A DNA stretch of 64,000 nucleotides from Candidatus Multivoradales bacterium (GCA_965223325.1 CBDCWI010000002.1:544001-608000); one strand, 5' to 3'; numbered from the stretch's first letter, positions 1 through 10,123 are shown. The notes: a model not told the origin generated them from the sequence alone. Translations and numbers: made by a program.

Positions 1-1586
1 CCTATCAAGAGATGATCCTGCTTACGACCCTCGACGAGGAAACGCACCGCAGTCATTTTCTCGCCCGGGGACTATCGTCGGCGCGCCAACCTGAACGCTA
101 CCTGGAGTACTTTCCTGCTATTCGCCTCCAGCAGGAGCGCTTGATCGAACTGGCCGAAGAACGCGACATACCACTCCTCGACACCGCCGAGCGCGATCCG
201 TTCGCACCGCGTGCCCTGCAGATGCTCTCGACCTCTCTCGAATCGAAACTGCCGTGGCTGGCAGAGGCCGAACAGGTCGAGCCACGGGCCGTCCCGGGCG
301 TGCTGCTGATTCTCGACGGCGCTCCCGACCACCCGCTGCGAGCCCTTGGTGCCCGCACACCTCTCCAGGTAGCGGAGACCCCCAACCTCGACCGACTGGC
401 AAAGGAAGGCATCTCAGGCCTCGCTGATCCTGTGGCGGCCGGCGTCGTACCCGACACCGCCAGCGGCAACCTGTCGATCTTTAGCCAGTCGCCGCACGCC
501 ATGAAGCGTGGACCAATCGAAGCAATTGGTGCCAGCCTGCGGCCGTCGCAAGAGGACCCGAGAGTCCTGGTCGCAGGCGGAACGACCGCTCAGGGTGCGG
601 TGATCGTACCGCGCGTCGACGACATCTGCCTGCGCGCGAACCTCGCCACTCTCGACGACGAAGGGCGAGTCGTCGACCGCCGTGCCGGCCGCATCCGCGA
701 CGGAGTTGCGGAGCTGGTCGCGGCACTCAACGAGATCGAGATCGATGCTCGAGGCTTCAAGGGGGTGCAGCTACGAGTCATCGCCGCAACCGAGCATCGC
801 ATTGCGCTGGTCCTTCGCGGGCGTCGTTTGTCACCGAGCATCCATGGCAGTGACCCCGGTCAGGCGGCGCCGCCCGGGCCGCCACTCGTTCCAGCTGCGG
901 TCGAAGAGGGTGACCGCGAGGCCGAACGCACAGCGCGCTTCCTCCAACTCTTCGAACAGCGCGCCCGCGAAGTCCTGGCCGCCCACCCACTCAACGAGAA
1001 GCGCAAGAAGGAGGGGCTTCTGCCTGCCAACGTGATCCTCTCGCGCGGTGCTGGCCGGGTCCATCGGTTGCAGCCCATCGAGCATCACGGTCGCGAGTTG
1101 TCGCTGGCCTGCGTCGGAGGCGACCGCACCGTCCTCGGTATCGCCTCATTTCTCGGTGCCGAGGTGGTCCAGGCAGACGGTATGACCGCCAACCTCGATA
1201 CCGATCTCGACGCCAAGTTTGATCGCGCCTTCCGCCTGGCCAAAAAGCACGATCTGGTCGTCGTGCACTTCAAGGGCGCCGACATCGCGGCGCACGACCG
1301 GCGCGCCGATCTCAAGATCGAGTACCTCGAGAGGTTCGACGCTGCCCTGGGTCGCTTTCTCGAGAAGACCAGCAAGCGAAAGAAGCATCGGGTACGCGTC
1401 GCGGTGGCCTCAGACCACACCACCGTTTCTGAGACCGGTCAACACGACGCCGACCCGGTCCCAGTCGTCGTCTGGGGCCCCGGTGTCGAAAGCGATGAAG
1501 TCGAGGCCTTCGACGAAGCGTCGGCTGGAGAGGGCGCGCTCGAGAGGATCCCCCTTCAACTCCTGATCAGCCGGTTGTTCGCTTGA
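1..1586 (+). CDS. Fusion protein, 5'-truncated by the window edge: C-terminal part of a 2-phosphoglycerate-kinase-like domain followed by an archaeal-type cofactor-independent phosphoglycerate mutase (ApgM family)
   Basis: The frame is open from the window edge. DEETHRSHF..R..ERYLEYFPAIR.QQERL...A.ERDIP resembles the 2-PGK C-terminus. Alkaline-phosphatase-superfamily/ApgM motifs follow: ILDGAPD, TPNLDRLA, DRRAGRI, HFKGADIAAHD, SDHTT, HDADPVP. Confidence 0.75.
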   Translation, partial: YQEMILLTTLDEETHRSHFLARGLSSARQPERYLEYFPAIRLQQERLIELAEERDIPLLDTAERDPFAPRALQMLSTSLESKLPWLAEAEQVEPRAVPGVLLILDGAPDHPLRALGARTPLQVAETPNLDRLAKEGISGLADPVAAGVVPDTASGNLSIFSQSPHAMKRGPIEAIGASLRPSQEDPRVLVAGGTTAQGAVIVPRVDDICLRANLATLDDEGRVVDRRAGRIRDGVAELVAALNEIEIDARGFKGVQLRVIAATEHRIALVLRGRRLSPSIHGSDPGQAAPPGPPLVPAAVEEGDREAERTARFLQLFEQRAREVLAAHPLNEKRKKEGLLPANVILSRGAGRVHRLQPIEHHGRELSLACVGGDRTVLGIASFLGAEVVQADGMTANLDTDLDAKFDRAFRLAKKHDLVVVHFKGADIAAHDRRADLKIEYLERFDAALGRFLEKTSKRKKHRVRVAVASDHTTVSETGQHDADPVPVVVWGPGVESDEVEAFDEASAGEGALERIPLQLLISRLFA

Positions 1587-3163
1587 GTCCCCTCGGCAAG
1601 AAGGCAGAGGCCGGCTGGCCCGAGCGCGAGCGTAGAGCCAATCAACCACAGCAGGTCGGAATCATCGATCTCGGTTCGAACACCGCCCGGCTCGCGGTCT
1701 ATCGCTACATCCCCGGCACCTGGTACCGATTGACCGACTCGATTCGCGAACCGACTCGCCTCGCCGAAGGTGCCACCCGCGACGGCAAGCTCAAGCGAAA
1801 GGCCATGGAGCGCGCGCAGGCGGCGGTCGAGTTGTTCGCCGACTTCGCCGAGGCCGCCGGACTGCCGCATGTCGAAGTGCTGGCGACCAGTGCCGTTCGC
1901 GAAGCGCAGAATGGCGACGAGATGCTAGCGCGCATCGCACCCCTTGATCTTCCTCTCGCCGTTCTTTCGGGCTCCGATGAAGCGCAGCTGGGTGTCCTGG
2001 CTGTTGCCAACAGCGTCGAGTACGAGGACGCTTGGGTCATCGACCTTGGCGGCGGCAGCGTGCAGGTCTCATCGATGATCGGGCGGCGTTTCGAGCATGG
2101 CCAGGCCTACCCGCTCGGTGCGGTTCGGATGACCGAAGAAGCGCTCGGTGGTGGGCACAAGCGCATTACCAAAAAGATGGTCAAGAAGCTCGAAAGCCGG
2201 GTCTCGAAGGAGCTCTCAGACATCACCCGTCTGATGGCGGCGGACAAACGACCGATCGTCGCGCTCGGCGGTAGCGTGCGCAACCTGGCCCGCATCGTCC
2301 AGCGCCAGACCTCGAACTATCCCATCGTTCCCATCCACGGCTATCGCCTGACACGTGACGCCGTCGAGCAGCTAACGGTGCGCCTGCTCCAGATGACCGC
2401 CGCCGAGCGCGCAGCCGTGCCGGGCCTCAACCTCGATCGCGCCGACATCATTCCCGCCGCGGCACTCGTTTACCGCTGGATCTTGCGCTCCAGCGGGCGA
2501 GAACGCATCACCATTTCTGGCGACGGAATGCGCGAAGGCGCCTTCCACCGTCATTTCCTGCCTGCACCACACCTCGTTCGAGACGTGCGAACTTTCGGCG
2601 TCATGAACGTTTTCGGGCAGTACGAACAACCTCTCTCCCATACCGACAAGGTTCGTTCACTCAGTCTTTCGCTCTTCGATCAACTCGAAACACGACACCA
2701 GCTCTCGAGCTCCTGGCGAGAGATTCTCTGGGCGGCGGCCACCCTGCACGACATCGGCATGACGATCGACTATCACCGTCACCATCGTCACGGGCAAATG
2801 CTGGTCGAGGCATCTCCCCTACCCGGCTGGACCCACCGCGAACAAGCAATCATCGCTCAGCTCATCCGTCACCATCGCAAGGGTGAACCGGTCATGCAGG
2901 AACTGGCCGAGGTTCTCGATGATCAGGACTGTTCGGCGTTTCTGGTCCTGGTCACGCTCCTGCGCATCGCTGAGTCGCTCGAAAGGTCACGAACCGGGCG
3001 CGTGGCCGCAGTTCGGATCCATCTGAAGAAGAGCGCGGTGAAGATAGACGTCTTCGCTGAAGAGGAACCGGCAATCGAGATCTGGGAGGCCGGTAAGCAT
3101 GCCAGCCTCTTCGAGCGCGCGCTCGATCGACCCCTCGAGATTCGTTGGAAGGAGCCGTCCTGA
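1583..3163 (+). CDS. ppx: Ppx/GppA exopolyphosphatase with C-terminal HD domain
   Basis: IIDLGSNTARL, ATSAVREAQNG, DLGGGSVQ, GMREG and LHDIG motifs; overlaps the upstream stop by 4 bp. Confidence 0.9.
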   Translation: MSPLGKKAEAGWPERERRANQPQQVGIIDLGSNTARLAVYRYIPGTWYRLTDSIREPTRLAEGATRDGKLKRKAMERAQAAVELFADFAEAAGLPHVEVLATSAVREAQNGDEMLARIAPLDLPLAVLSGSDEAQLGVLAVANSVEYEDAWVIDLGGGSVQVSSMIGRRFEHGQAYPLGAVRMTEEALGGGHKRITKKMVKKLESRVSKELSDITRLMAADKRPIVALGGSVRNLARIVQRQTSNYPIVPIHGYRLTRDAVEQLTVRLLQMTAAERAAVPGLNLDRADIIPAAALVYRWILRSSGRERITISGDGMREGAFHRHFLPAPHLVRDVRTFGVMNVFGQYEQPLSHTDKVRSLSLSLFDQLETRHQLSSSWREILWAAATLHDIGMTIDYHRHHRHGQMLVEASPLPGWTHREQAIIAQLIRHHRKGEPVMQELAEVLDDQDCSAFLVLVTLLRIAESLERSRTGRVAAVRIHLKKSAVKIDVFAEEEPAIEIWEAGKHASLFERALDRPLEIRWKEPS

Positions 3164-3166
3164 CTG

Positions 3167-4483
3167 TCAGCTGCTAGAGCGTGCCGGTAGCACGCGACCT
3201 CGACACTCGCCGAAACCGATCGACTGGAAGCCAGAACGCTCGCAGCGACCCCGAAGAATCAGCTCGTCGCCGTCTTCGAGGAACGCGCGTTCCTCTCCGT
3301 TGGGGAGTTTCAGAGGTTCGCTTCCCCGACGCGTGATCTCCATCAGACTGCCAAGCGACTCTTCGCTCGCTCCCGAGACCGTTCCGGTCGCCATCAAGTC
3401 GCCAGGGTTGAGGTTGCAACCGTTCGAGCTGTGGTGGGTCACCATCTGAGCAAGTGTCCAATAGATGTCGCGAAGTGACCCGCAGCTCAAGAGATGCGGG
3501 CTGAAGTCGCCAGCACGCATCGATTCGGTTTCGAGAAAAACCTCGAGCGTCACGTCGAAGCCCGCCTGAAGCGGGTCGGCACCTTCGGTCAGGTAGGACA
3601 ACGGTTGCGGATCACCGTCCGGGCGTTCGAACTCGGGCGCCCGAAAGGGCGCCAGGGCCTCGAGGGTCACGACCCACGGCGAGACGGTGGTGGCGAAGCT
3701 CTTGCCCAGGAAGGGACCGAGGGGTTGGTACTCCCAGCCCTGTATGTCGCGGGCCGACCAATCGTTCAACAGGCACAAACCGAAAATGTGTTCTTCGGCA
3801 TGCGCCACATCGATCGGCGACCCCAGTGGGTTGCCTGGGCCAATGTAGAAGCCGACCTCGAGCTCATAGTCGAGCAAGCGAGAGGGTCCAAAACTCGGCG
3901 CATCGTCGCTCGGCGCCTTGCGCTGACCGGAAGGGCGATGAAACGGCGTTCCGCTGGCGATGACCGACGACGCGCGACCGTGGTAGCCAATCGGAATGTG
4001 CTTGTAGTTCGGAAGCAACGGATTATCGGGCCGAAACAGCTTGCCGATGTTGGTGGCGTGATAGACCGACGCATAGAAGTCGGTGTAGTCGCGGACCGAG
4101 GTTGGAACACACAGTGTTGCCGCTGCCATCGGCACCAGGCATTTCTCTACCGCTTGACGCTCTCGATCGTCGGAGAGAAGCTGCGACACGACCGCACGCA
4201 CCGCACTCCATGCCCCGGACCCGAGCGCCGCTAGAGCGTCGAGGTTGGTGCTCTGGCAGGCGGCCCGAACCTCAGGCGAGAGCGAATCAACCAGGCCGGC
4301 GTCGCAAAGTGCGGAGAGATCGACGATCTGATCACCGATCGCCACCCCGACCCCGGTGGTCATATCAGCGCCACTGGAGAAGCGGCCGAAGGGGAGGTTC
4401 TGGATCGGGAACTCAGTCTCACCGGTGGCGCTCTCGAGCCAGCTGGTGAGGCTCTGTCGATGGGTTTCATTCAGCCCCGTCAT
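3167..4483 (-). CDS. fahA: Fumarylacetoacetase
   Basis: FPIQNLPFG, DYTDFYAS..HATNIG, YHGRASS, LDYELE, NDWSARDIQ.WEYQPLGPFLGKSF; ATG at 4483 follows GGGAG. Confidence 0.95.
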   Translation of the reverse strand: MTGLNETHRQSLTSWLESATGETEFPIQNLPFGRFSSGADMTTGVGVAIGDQIVDLSALCDAGLVDSLSPEVRAACQSTNLDALAALGSGAWSAVRAVVSQLLSDDRERQAVEKCLVPMAAATLCVPTSVRDYTDFYASVYHATNIGKLFRPDNPLLPNYKHIPIGYHGRASSVIASGTPFHRPSGQRKAPSDDAPSFGPSRLLDYELEVGFYIGPGNPLGSPIDVAHAEEHIFGLCLLNDWSARDIQGWEYQPLGPFLGKSFATTVSPWVVTLEALAPFRAPEFERPDGDPQPLSYLTEGADPLQAGFDVTLEVFLETESMRAGDFSPHLLSCGSLRDIYWTLAQMVTHHSSNGCNLNPGDLMATGTVSGASEESLGSLMEITRRGSEPLKLPNGEERAFLEDGDELILRGRCERSGFQSIGFGECRGRVLPARSSS

Positions 4484-4508
4484 GTCAACACTCCCCAACT
4501 CAACTCTC

Positions 4509-5501
4509 TCATTTCAGGCTCTCTTCCAGGAAGCCATGCAGCGCCTCGGCGGCGTCACGGATCACCCAGCCCATCGATTGCAGGTCGTCGACCGGCTCCT
4601 CGAAGCTACAGGAACCGAAAGAGACGAAACTCATGCGCCTCATGCGTCGCAAGTGTTCCGTGTCGAAAGCGGTGTCCCGCCAGTGAAACGCATCGCCCTC
4701 TGTTGTGAAGTTCGTGTTGTCGACATCGAGGAGAATCTCCTCGAGATCGCCGGCTTCGCCGCCTGACGCAGCCTCGGCACGCGCCGCTGCGGCGAGCAGG
4801 TTCAAGAAGCCATGCATCCGTGCACGCGGTGGATCGTTCTCGTAGGTCAAGGCCTGCTCGGCGCGCACCGGATGATGAAGGCCAGCGGTTGCCTTCCAGG
4901 GCACCCCATAGCGCTGACAGGCAGCGACAAAGCGCGCAACCTCGGTGGCGGGCGGAATCATCTCGGCGACGACGCCGCCCGTGCGCACCTTGGCCAGGCC
5001 ACCCACCTCGGCAATGGCTGCCAGCCGCGCATCGAGGTCGCTATCGACCGGCGTTTCGTAGAACACCAGAACCCCACCACGCTGGCGCTCGTGGAACAGC
5101 CGAATCTCATCGGGCTCGGCAGGCCGCACCTCGAGCGCTTGAATCCGCACCTCGCCAGCCGTCGTTTGCGATGAGAGGAGATGGAGCTCGGTCGCCAGGC
5201 TCTCGAGCCGACCCCGTGCCTCGCAGAGGTCACCACGCACGAGAACCGAGAGCGGCCAGACAGTGCCCTCGGAGAGTTCCGCGGCCTCGATGACCTCCAG
5301 CAGCTCGACGACCCGTTCGAGCGGAATGACGAAGCTACCCAACATCCAACCGAACGGCGACCGCTGATAGCGGGCGAAGCGCGTCGCCGCGTCCGGCAAC
5401 TCGAGACTGGCGGGAGGGAACAGGCCCGCGTAATCGACCAGTGACTCCAAAAGCACGCGCGACGCCGAGGCATCACGCGCCTCATCAGATCGAAGCGTCA
5501 A
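4509..5501 (-). CDS. Conserved uncharacterised protein in the homogentisate operon
   Basis: LVDYAGLFPPA, KVRTGG, KATAGLHHPVR, MHGFLN and SFGSCSFEEP motifs; tightly packed between phhA and fahA. Confidence 0.8.
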   Translation of the reverse strand: MTLRSDEARDASASRVLLESLVDYAGLFPPASLELPDAATRFARYQRSPFGWMLGSFVIPLERVVELLEVIEAAELSEGTVWPLSVLVRGDLCEARGRLESLATELHLLSSQTTAGEVRIQALEVRPAEPDEIRLFHERQRGGVLVFYETPVDSDLDARLAAIAEVGGLAKVRTGGVVAEMIPPATEVARFVAACQRYGVPWKATAGLHHPVRAEQALTYENDPPRARMHGFLNLLAAAARAEAASGGEAGDLEEILLDVDNTNFTTEGDAFHWRDTAFDTEHLRRMRRMSFVSFGSCSFEEPVDDLQSMGWVIRDAAEALHGFLEESLK

Positions 5502-6414
5502 GAAACGACTCCAGGTCCTCTTCGTTGATCAACGGCTCTCCCGGCGAAACGTTGTAGAGCTTGCCTTCTCTCACCCAACGATCGAGCCGATCGACCTCGT
5601 GGTAGAGGTGTTCGAAACTGTCGACGACGAACAAGAGGGGCTGCACGTGATCGATCTCGAAGTACTGGTTCACCACCCACTCCAACTTGAAGGGGTAACG
5701 TTGGACGTCGGGCGACAAGAGGCAGTACTCGATTTCTTCCGCCGAGCTCAGAAGTCCCGAACCGTAGACGCAGAGCTCCTCGGAGTCGGGGCGCTTCATC
5801 AAACCGAACTCGACTGTGAACCAGAAGAAGCGTGCCATCGCTTTGATCACCGACTCGACAGCCGCCAGGCGACGGTCGTGGTCTTCGATCTTCTGCAGGT
5901 CGATGGCCGCCGAACGCGCAACGTCACCGAAGCGCACCAGAATGTCTGAGAACACCCGGTCGGTGTGCATCGGCACGTGACCCGAGAGATCATGGAAGAT
6001 GTCGGGCTCCGGCAGGTACTCGAGCCGCTCGCCGGCACGGATGGTAATCGTGGTTGGAAACTCGCGACGCCGGAGGCAGTCGAAGAAGAGATACGCCGGA
6101 ACGTAGCCGCTGACCGGCTTCGACTCGAAGCCCGAAAGCGGCGCAAGGAACTCATTGACCTCCTCGAGACGCGGAATACGCTCCGGGTTGAGCGCCAGTC
6201 GCTCGACTCCCACCAGGAACTGTGGATGGGCGTAGCGCTTCCACTTCTCCTCGAGGGCGGCGTAGAGCCGCCGCCAGGTCTCGTGGTTCTCCTCGCTGTA
6301 GAGCTCGTAGGGCTGTTCGATGAAAAGCTCCCCGCGATTGCGCGACTCTTCGATGAAGGCGGCTTTGGTCGTGGTGAGCCCCTTCGGGGTGCTGCTGGTT
6401 GGAGAGACGGTCAT
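5485..6414 (-). CDS. phhA: Phenylalanine 4-monooxygenase
   Basis: YLPEPDIFHDLSGHVPM (Fe-binding His residues), FWFTVEFGL, YGSGLLSS. Confidence 0.92.
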   Translation of the reverse strand: MTVSPTSSTPKGLTTTKAAFIEESRNRGELFIEQPYELYSEENHETWRRLYAALEEKWKRYAHPQFLVGVERLALNPERIPRLEEVNEFLAPLSGFESKPVSGYVPAYLFFDCLRRREFPTTITIRAGERLEYLPEPDIFHDLSGHVPMHTDRVFSDILVRFGDVARSAAIDLQKIEDHDRRLAAVESVIKAMARFFWFTVEFGLMKRPDSEELCVYGSGLLSSAEEIEYCLLSPDVQRYPFKLEWVVNQYFEIDHVQPLLFVVDSFEHLYHEVDRLDRWVREGKLYNVSPGEPLINEEDLESFLDASI

Positions 6415-6456
6415 GCTTGACTCCTCGAGTGCATTCCTTGGACGGGTGATTGCCGC

Positions 6457-7650
6457 TCAGCCGCCGGCGACACGGTCGGCGGACTCATCCGTGTCGTGGT
6501 TCCACGACATGGCGTAGCCGGTGTCCTCCAGGGCGAGGGCGTCACGGGTGAGCTGGAGCGGACGGAAGGTGTCGACCATGACGGCCAGTTCTTCGGTTCC
6601 GGCCTTTCCGATCGAGCCCTCGTAGGTACCCGGATGAGGCCCATGCGGAATGCCGTTGGGGTGCACCGTGAACGATGCCCGTTCGATACCCTTGCGCGAC
6701 ATGAAGTCGCCCTCGACGTAGTAGAGAACCTCGTCACTGTCGACATTCGAATGGTTGTAGGGAGCGGGAATGGCTTCCGGGTGGTAGTCGAACAGGCGCG
6801 GAACGAACGAGCAGATCACGAAACCGGGGCCGTCGAAGGTCTGGTGAACCGGGGGCGGCTGATGGACGCGCCCGGTGATCGGTTCGAAGTCTTCGATGTT
6901 GAAGGCATAGGGCCACAGGTGACCGTCCCAGCCGACGACGTCGAGCGGGTGATGACCGTACTCGTAGCGGGTGATCTGGCCGCGCGCCTTGACTCGCACC
7001 TCGAAGGTTCCTTCTTCGTCGTAGGTCAAGAGTTCCTGCGGGCCGCGGATATCGCGCTCACAGAAGGGTGAGTGCTCGAGGAACTGGCCGTAGCGGTTGA
7101 GGTAGCGCTTGGGCGGCTCGATATGGCCAAACGACTCGATGTGCAACTGGCGTTGCGCCACCCCCTCGTCAGGAAGCAGCCTCCAAATGACACCCGTTGG
7201 GATCACCAGGTAGTCACCCGGGCGATAGTCCAGACGGCCGAACTGGGTCTCGAGAACCCCGGTCCCTTCGTGGATGAAGAGCGTGTCGTCGCCGTGTGCA
7301 AAGCGATACCAGTAGTCCATTGCCGCATCGGGTCGCGACGTGTAGAGAACCACGTCCTGGTTGCCCATCATCGCGACTCGCGAGGAAATCGCATCGCCGC
7401 CGGCCGGCGCTTCTGCGGCACGCAGGTGCCGATGTTTGAGTGCGCCAGCTTCCTCGTACTCGATCGCCACACTCTCCTGCCGGTCGACTTCTCGCACCCT
7501 GGTCGGCGGATGCAGGTGATACAGAATCGATTGGATTCCCGCAAAACCGTGAATGCCCATCACCTCTTCATGGTGCAGAGTGCCGTCGGGCTTTCTGAAC
7601 TGGGTATGACGTTTGTGGGGTACGTTCCCCATGCTCAGGTAGTGGGTCAT
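6457..7650 (-). CDS. hmgA: Homogentisate 1,2-dioxygenase
   Basis: True start is ATG 7650 (MTHYLSMGNVPHKRHTQF); the upstream extension in the ORF track overlaps hppD. HQPPPVHQTF, PYNHSNVDSDEV, HPNGIPHGP and ELAVMVDTF motifs. Confidence 0.93.
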   Translation of the reverse strand: MTHYLSMGNVPHKRHTQFRKPDGTLHHEEVMGIHGFAGIQSILYHLHPPTRVREVDRQESVAIEYEEAGALKHRHLRAAEAPAGGDAISSRVAMMGNQDVVLYTSRPDAAMDYWYRFAHGDDTLFIHEGTGVLETQFGRLDYRPGDYLVIPTGVIWRLLPDEGVAQRQLHIESFGHIEPPKRYLNRYGQFLEHSPFCERDIRGPQELLTYDEEGTFEVRVKARGQITRYEYGHHPLDVVGWDGHLWPYAFNIEDFEPITGRVHQPPPVHQTFDGPGFVICSFVPRLFDYHPEAIPAPYNHSNVDSDEVLYYVEGDFMSRKGIERASFTVHPNGIPHGPHPGTYEGSIGKAGTEELAVMVDTFRPLQLTRDALALEDTGYAMSWNHDTDESADRVAGG

Positions 7651-7690
7651 GAACTGTTCTCCTTCTGGAGTCCTGCCATCAAGAGTTCTT

Positions 7691-8791
7691 CTAGAGGTTG
7701 CCGCGCAGAGCCTGGTCGCGCTCGATGCTCTCGAAGAGCGCCTTGAAATTGCCTTCGCCGAAGCCGCGCGCTCCGTGGCGCTCGATGATCTCGTAGAACA
7801 CGGTCGGCCGATCTTCGACCGGGCGGGTGAAGATCTGCAGCAGATAGCCGTCGTCATCGCGGTCGACGAGGATGCCGAGCTCGGCGAGGTCTTCCGTCGG
7901 TTCGTCGATCTTCCCGACCCGCTCTTCGAGGTCGTCGTAGTAGGTGGTCGGAACGTAGAGAAACTCAACGCCGCGCTCGCGCATAGCGCGTACCGTCTTG
8001 ATGATGTCGTCGGTCTGGCAGGCGATGTGCTGCACGCCCGGGCCATCGTAGTAGTCGAGAAACTCTTCGATCTGCGACTTGTTGCGACCCTCGGCAGGCT
8101 CGTTGATCGGAAACTTGATCTTGCCGCTACCGTCCTGCATCACCTTCGACATCAACGCCGAGTACTCGGTCGAGATCGCCTCGTCGTCGAAGTGTGCGAG
8201 CTGCGAGAAACCGAGGCAGTTGGCGAAGAAGTCCACCCAGGCGTTCATCTTGCCGAGCTCGACGTTGCCGACCATGTGATCGATGGTGTGCAGGCCGACA
8301 CCGTTGCCGTTCTCGGTCGCACGCGGTACGAAGCCCGGCGCGAAGACGCCTTTGTACTCGCCCCGCTCGATGAACTTGATCAAGGTATCGCCGTAGGTCT
8401 TGATCGCCGACCAGCAGAGGGTCCCGTGCTCGTCGCTGTCCTCGGTCGTCTCCTGTGCCGACTCGGCGCCACGATCGGTTGCCTGTTCCCAGGAGTGCTG
8501 GGCCGAGTCGACTTCGAGCGCGATGACCTTGACGCCGTCGCCGTGGCGGGCCACGTGACGGGTGATCTCGTGGTCGGGCGAGAGCGCGGTACTCAAGACG
8601 AGGCGCACATCGCCTTGTTGCATCAGATACGAAGCGACCTCTCGCGACCCGGTTTCGAGCCCGCTATAGGCGGCCTCGGTGAAGCCGAAGCTGTGTTGGT
8701 AATACACCGACGCCTGCTTGGCGTTACCGACATAGAACTCGACGTGGTCGAAGCGCTTGATGGGAAGAAAGTCGGAATGGGATTCAGTCAT
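7691..8791 (-). CDS. hppD: 4-hydroxyphenylpyruvate dioxygenase
   Basis: DHVEFYVGNAKQA, IDHMVGNV, SQIEEFL..YDGPGVQHIA, YLLQIFT, GFGEGNFKALFESIE. Confidence 0.96.
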   Translation of the reverse strand: MTESHSDFLPIKRFDHVEFYVGNAKQASVYYQHSFGFTEAAYSGLETGSREVASYLMQQGDVRLVLSTALSPDHEITRHVARHGDGVKVIALEVDSAQHSWEQATDRGAESAQETTEDSDEHGTLCWSAIKTYGDTLIKFIERGEYKGVFAPGFVPRATENGNGVGLHTIDHMVGNVELGKMNAWVDFFANCLGFSQLAHFDDEAISTEYSALMSKVMQDGSGKIKFPINEPAEGRNKSQIEEFLDYYDGPGVQHIACQTDDIIKTVRAMRERGVEFLYVPTTYYDDLEERVGKIDEPTEDLAELGILVDRDDDGYLLQIFTRPVEDRPTVFYEIIERHGARGFGEGNFKALFESIERDQALRGNL

Positions 8792-8842
8792 GGAAGAGAC
8801 TCCGGGATTCAGATGGAGTTGGAGCAGTTCTTGTCGAGGAGA

Positions 8843-10123
8843 TCAGTGGGTTTCCAGCTCAGCTTCGACCAGGCGGCCGAGGCGTCGCACGGCGTCTTCG
8901 AGCGCCGCCGGTTCGAGGGTCGAGAAGGAGAGGCGCATCGAGCTTTCGCCAACGCCTGGCCGTGCCGCAAAGGCGTGGCCCGGAATGAACGCGATGCCTT
9001 CGTCTTCGATCGCCTTCTCCACCAGCCGGGCCGACGACATGCAACCGCCACTAACAGTCGGCGGTAGGTCGACCCAGACGAACATGCCAGCCGTTGGCCT
9101 CGACCACACGGTGCCGGCCGGCATGTATCTCTCGAGTGCCGCGAGCATCGCGTCGCGGCGGCCGCGATAGTTCGAACGCAGCATCTCGAGCCGTTGCGAA
9201 AGCGGATGACAGTCGAGCAGGCGGCTCACTGCGCGCTGGGTCAAAGCCGAGCATTCGAGATCGACACCTTCTTTGGCGATCGACAGGCGCTCGGCGAAGC
9301 GATCGGGAACGATCATCCAACCGAGCCGCAAGGCGGGCGCGAGAATCTTCGAGAACGAGCCGAGGTAGAAGGTGTTCTCTGGATCGATGCTTTTTAGCGC
9401 CGGCGCCGCCGGGCCGTCGTAGGTCAAGAGACCGTAGGGATCGTCTTCGACAATCAAAACACCGTGCGCCCGACAGAGCTCAGCGATCGGCTGCCGACGA
9501 TCGGCAGCCAGGCTGACCCCGAGCGGGTTGTGCCCTTCAGGAATCACGTAGAGGAAACGTGGCGCGCGCCCCGTGCCGTCTTTTCTTCCCAGAGCCTGAT
9601 CGAGTGCCGCAACCGAAAGGCCCTGATCGAGATCGGTGGCAACGGTCCGCCGCAGCGCAGCGCGCGGAGCGAGCGCTTGCAGGATGCCGGTGTAGGTCAG
9701 CTCCTCTGTGACCACCGCGTCGCCCTCGTCGACGAGCGCCAGAGCGAGAAGGGCGATTCCCTGCTGGGCACCGGTGGTCAAGAGAATCTGTTCGGGCCGG
9801 CATTCGACGCCGCGCAGCGCCATCACCTCGACGATGTGAGCCAGTAGCTGCGGGTGCACCGGACCGTACTGCAGGGCGCGCCGGTCTTCGGTGAGCACCC
9901 CGGCGAATGCTTCGGCGAGTTCCGCTCCCGGAAACAAGTCGGCTGCCGGCAGGCCACCAGCCATCGACACCACCCCGGGCCGCGACACCAGCGACACCAT
10001 CGACCGCAGGATCGAGCGCTCCTGGGCAAGTAGCCAGGTCGCGAGCTCGGTCTCGGGACGCTCCATCTGTGGAGGGGTCGCGGTCAGAGTGGCGCGCGCT
10101 GTGTCGTTGCCGTGGGTTGTCAC
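8843..10123 (-). CDS. PLP-dependent class I aminotransferase (LysN/ARO8-like), probably aromatic amino acid aminotransferase
   Basis: SMAGGLP, ALQYG, HNPLG, EDDPYG, SFSKILAPALRLGW. Start is uncertain (GTG 10123 or ATG 10066). Confidence 0.85.
   Translation of the reverse strand: MTTHGNDTARATLTATPPQMERPETELATWLLAQERSILRSMVSLVSRPGVVSMAGGLPAADLFPGAELAEAFAGVLTEDRRALQYGPVHPQLLAHIVEVMALRGVECRPEQILLTTGAQQGIALLALALVDEGDAVVTEELTYTGILQALAPRAALRRTVATDLDQGLSVAALDQALGRKDGTGRAPRFLYVIPEGHNPLGVSLAADRRQPIAELCRAHGVLIVEDDPYGLLTYDGPAAPALKSIDPENTFYLGSFSKILAPALRLGWMIVPDRFAERLSIAKEGVDLECSALTQRAVSRLLDCHPLSQRLEMLRSNYRGRRDAMLAALERYMPAGTVWSRPTAGMFVWVDLPPTVSGGCMSSARLVEKAIEDEGIAFIPGHAFAARPGVGESSMRLSFSTLEPAALEDAVRRLGRLVEAELETH

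Noticed and set aside
7651-8046. N-terminal extension of the hmgA ORF in the track
   Set aside because: It overlaps hppD in another frame; HmgA similarity starts at ATG 7650.
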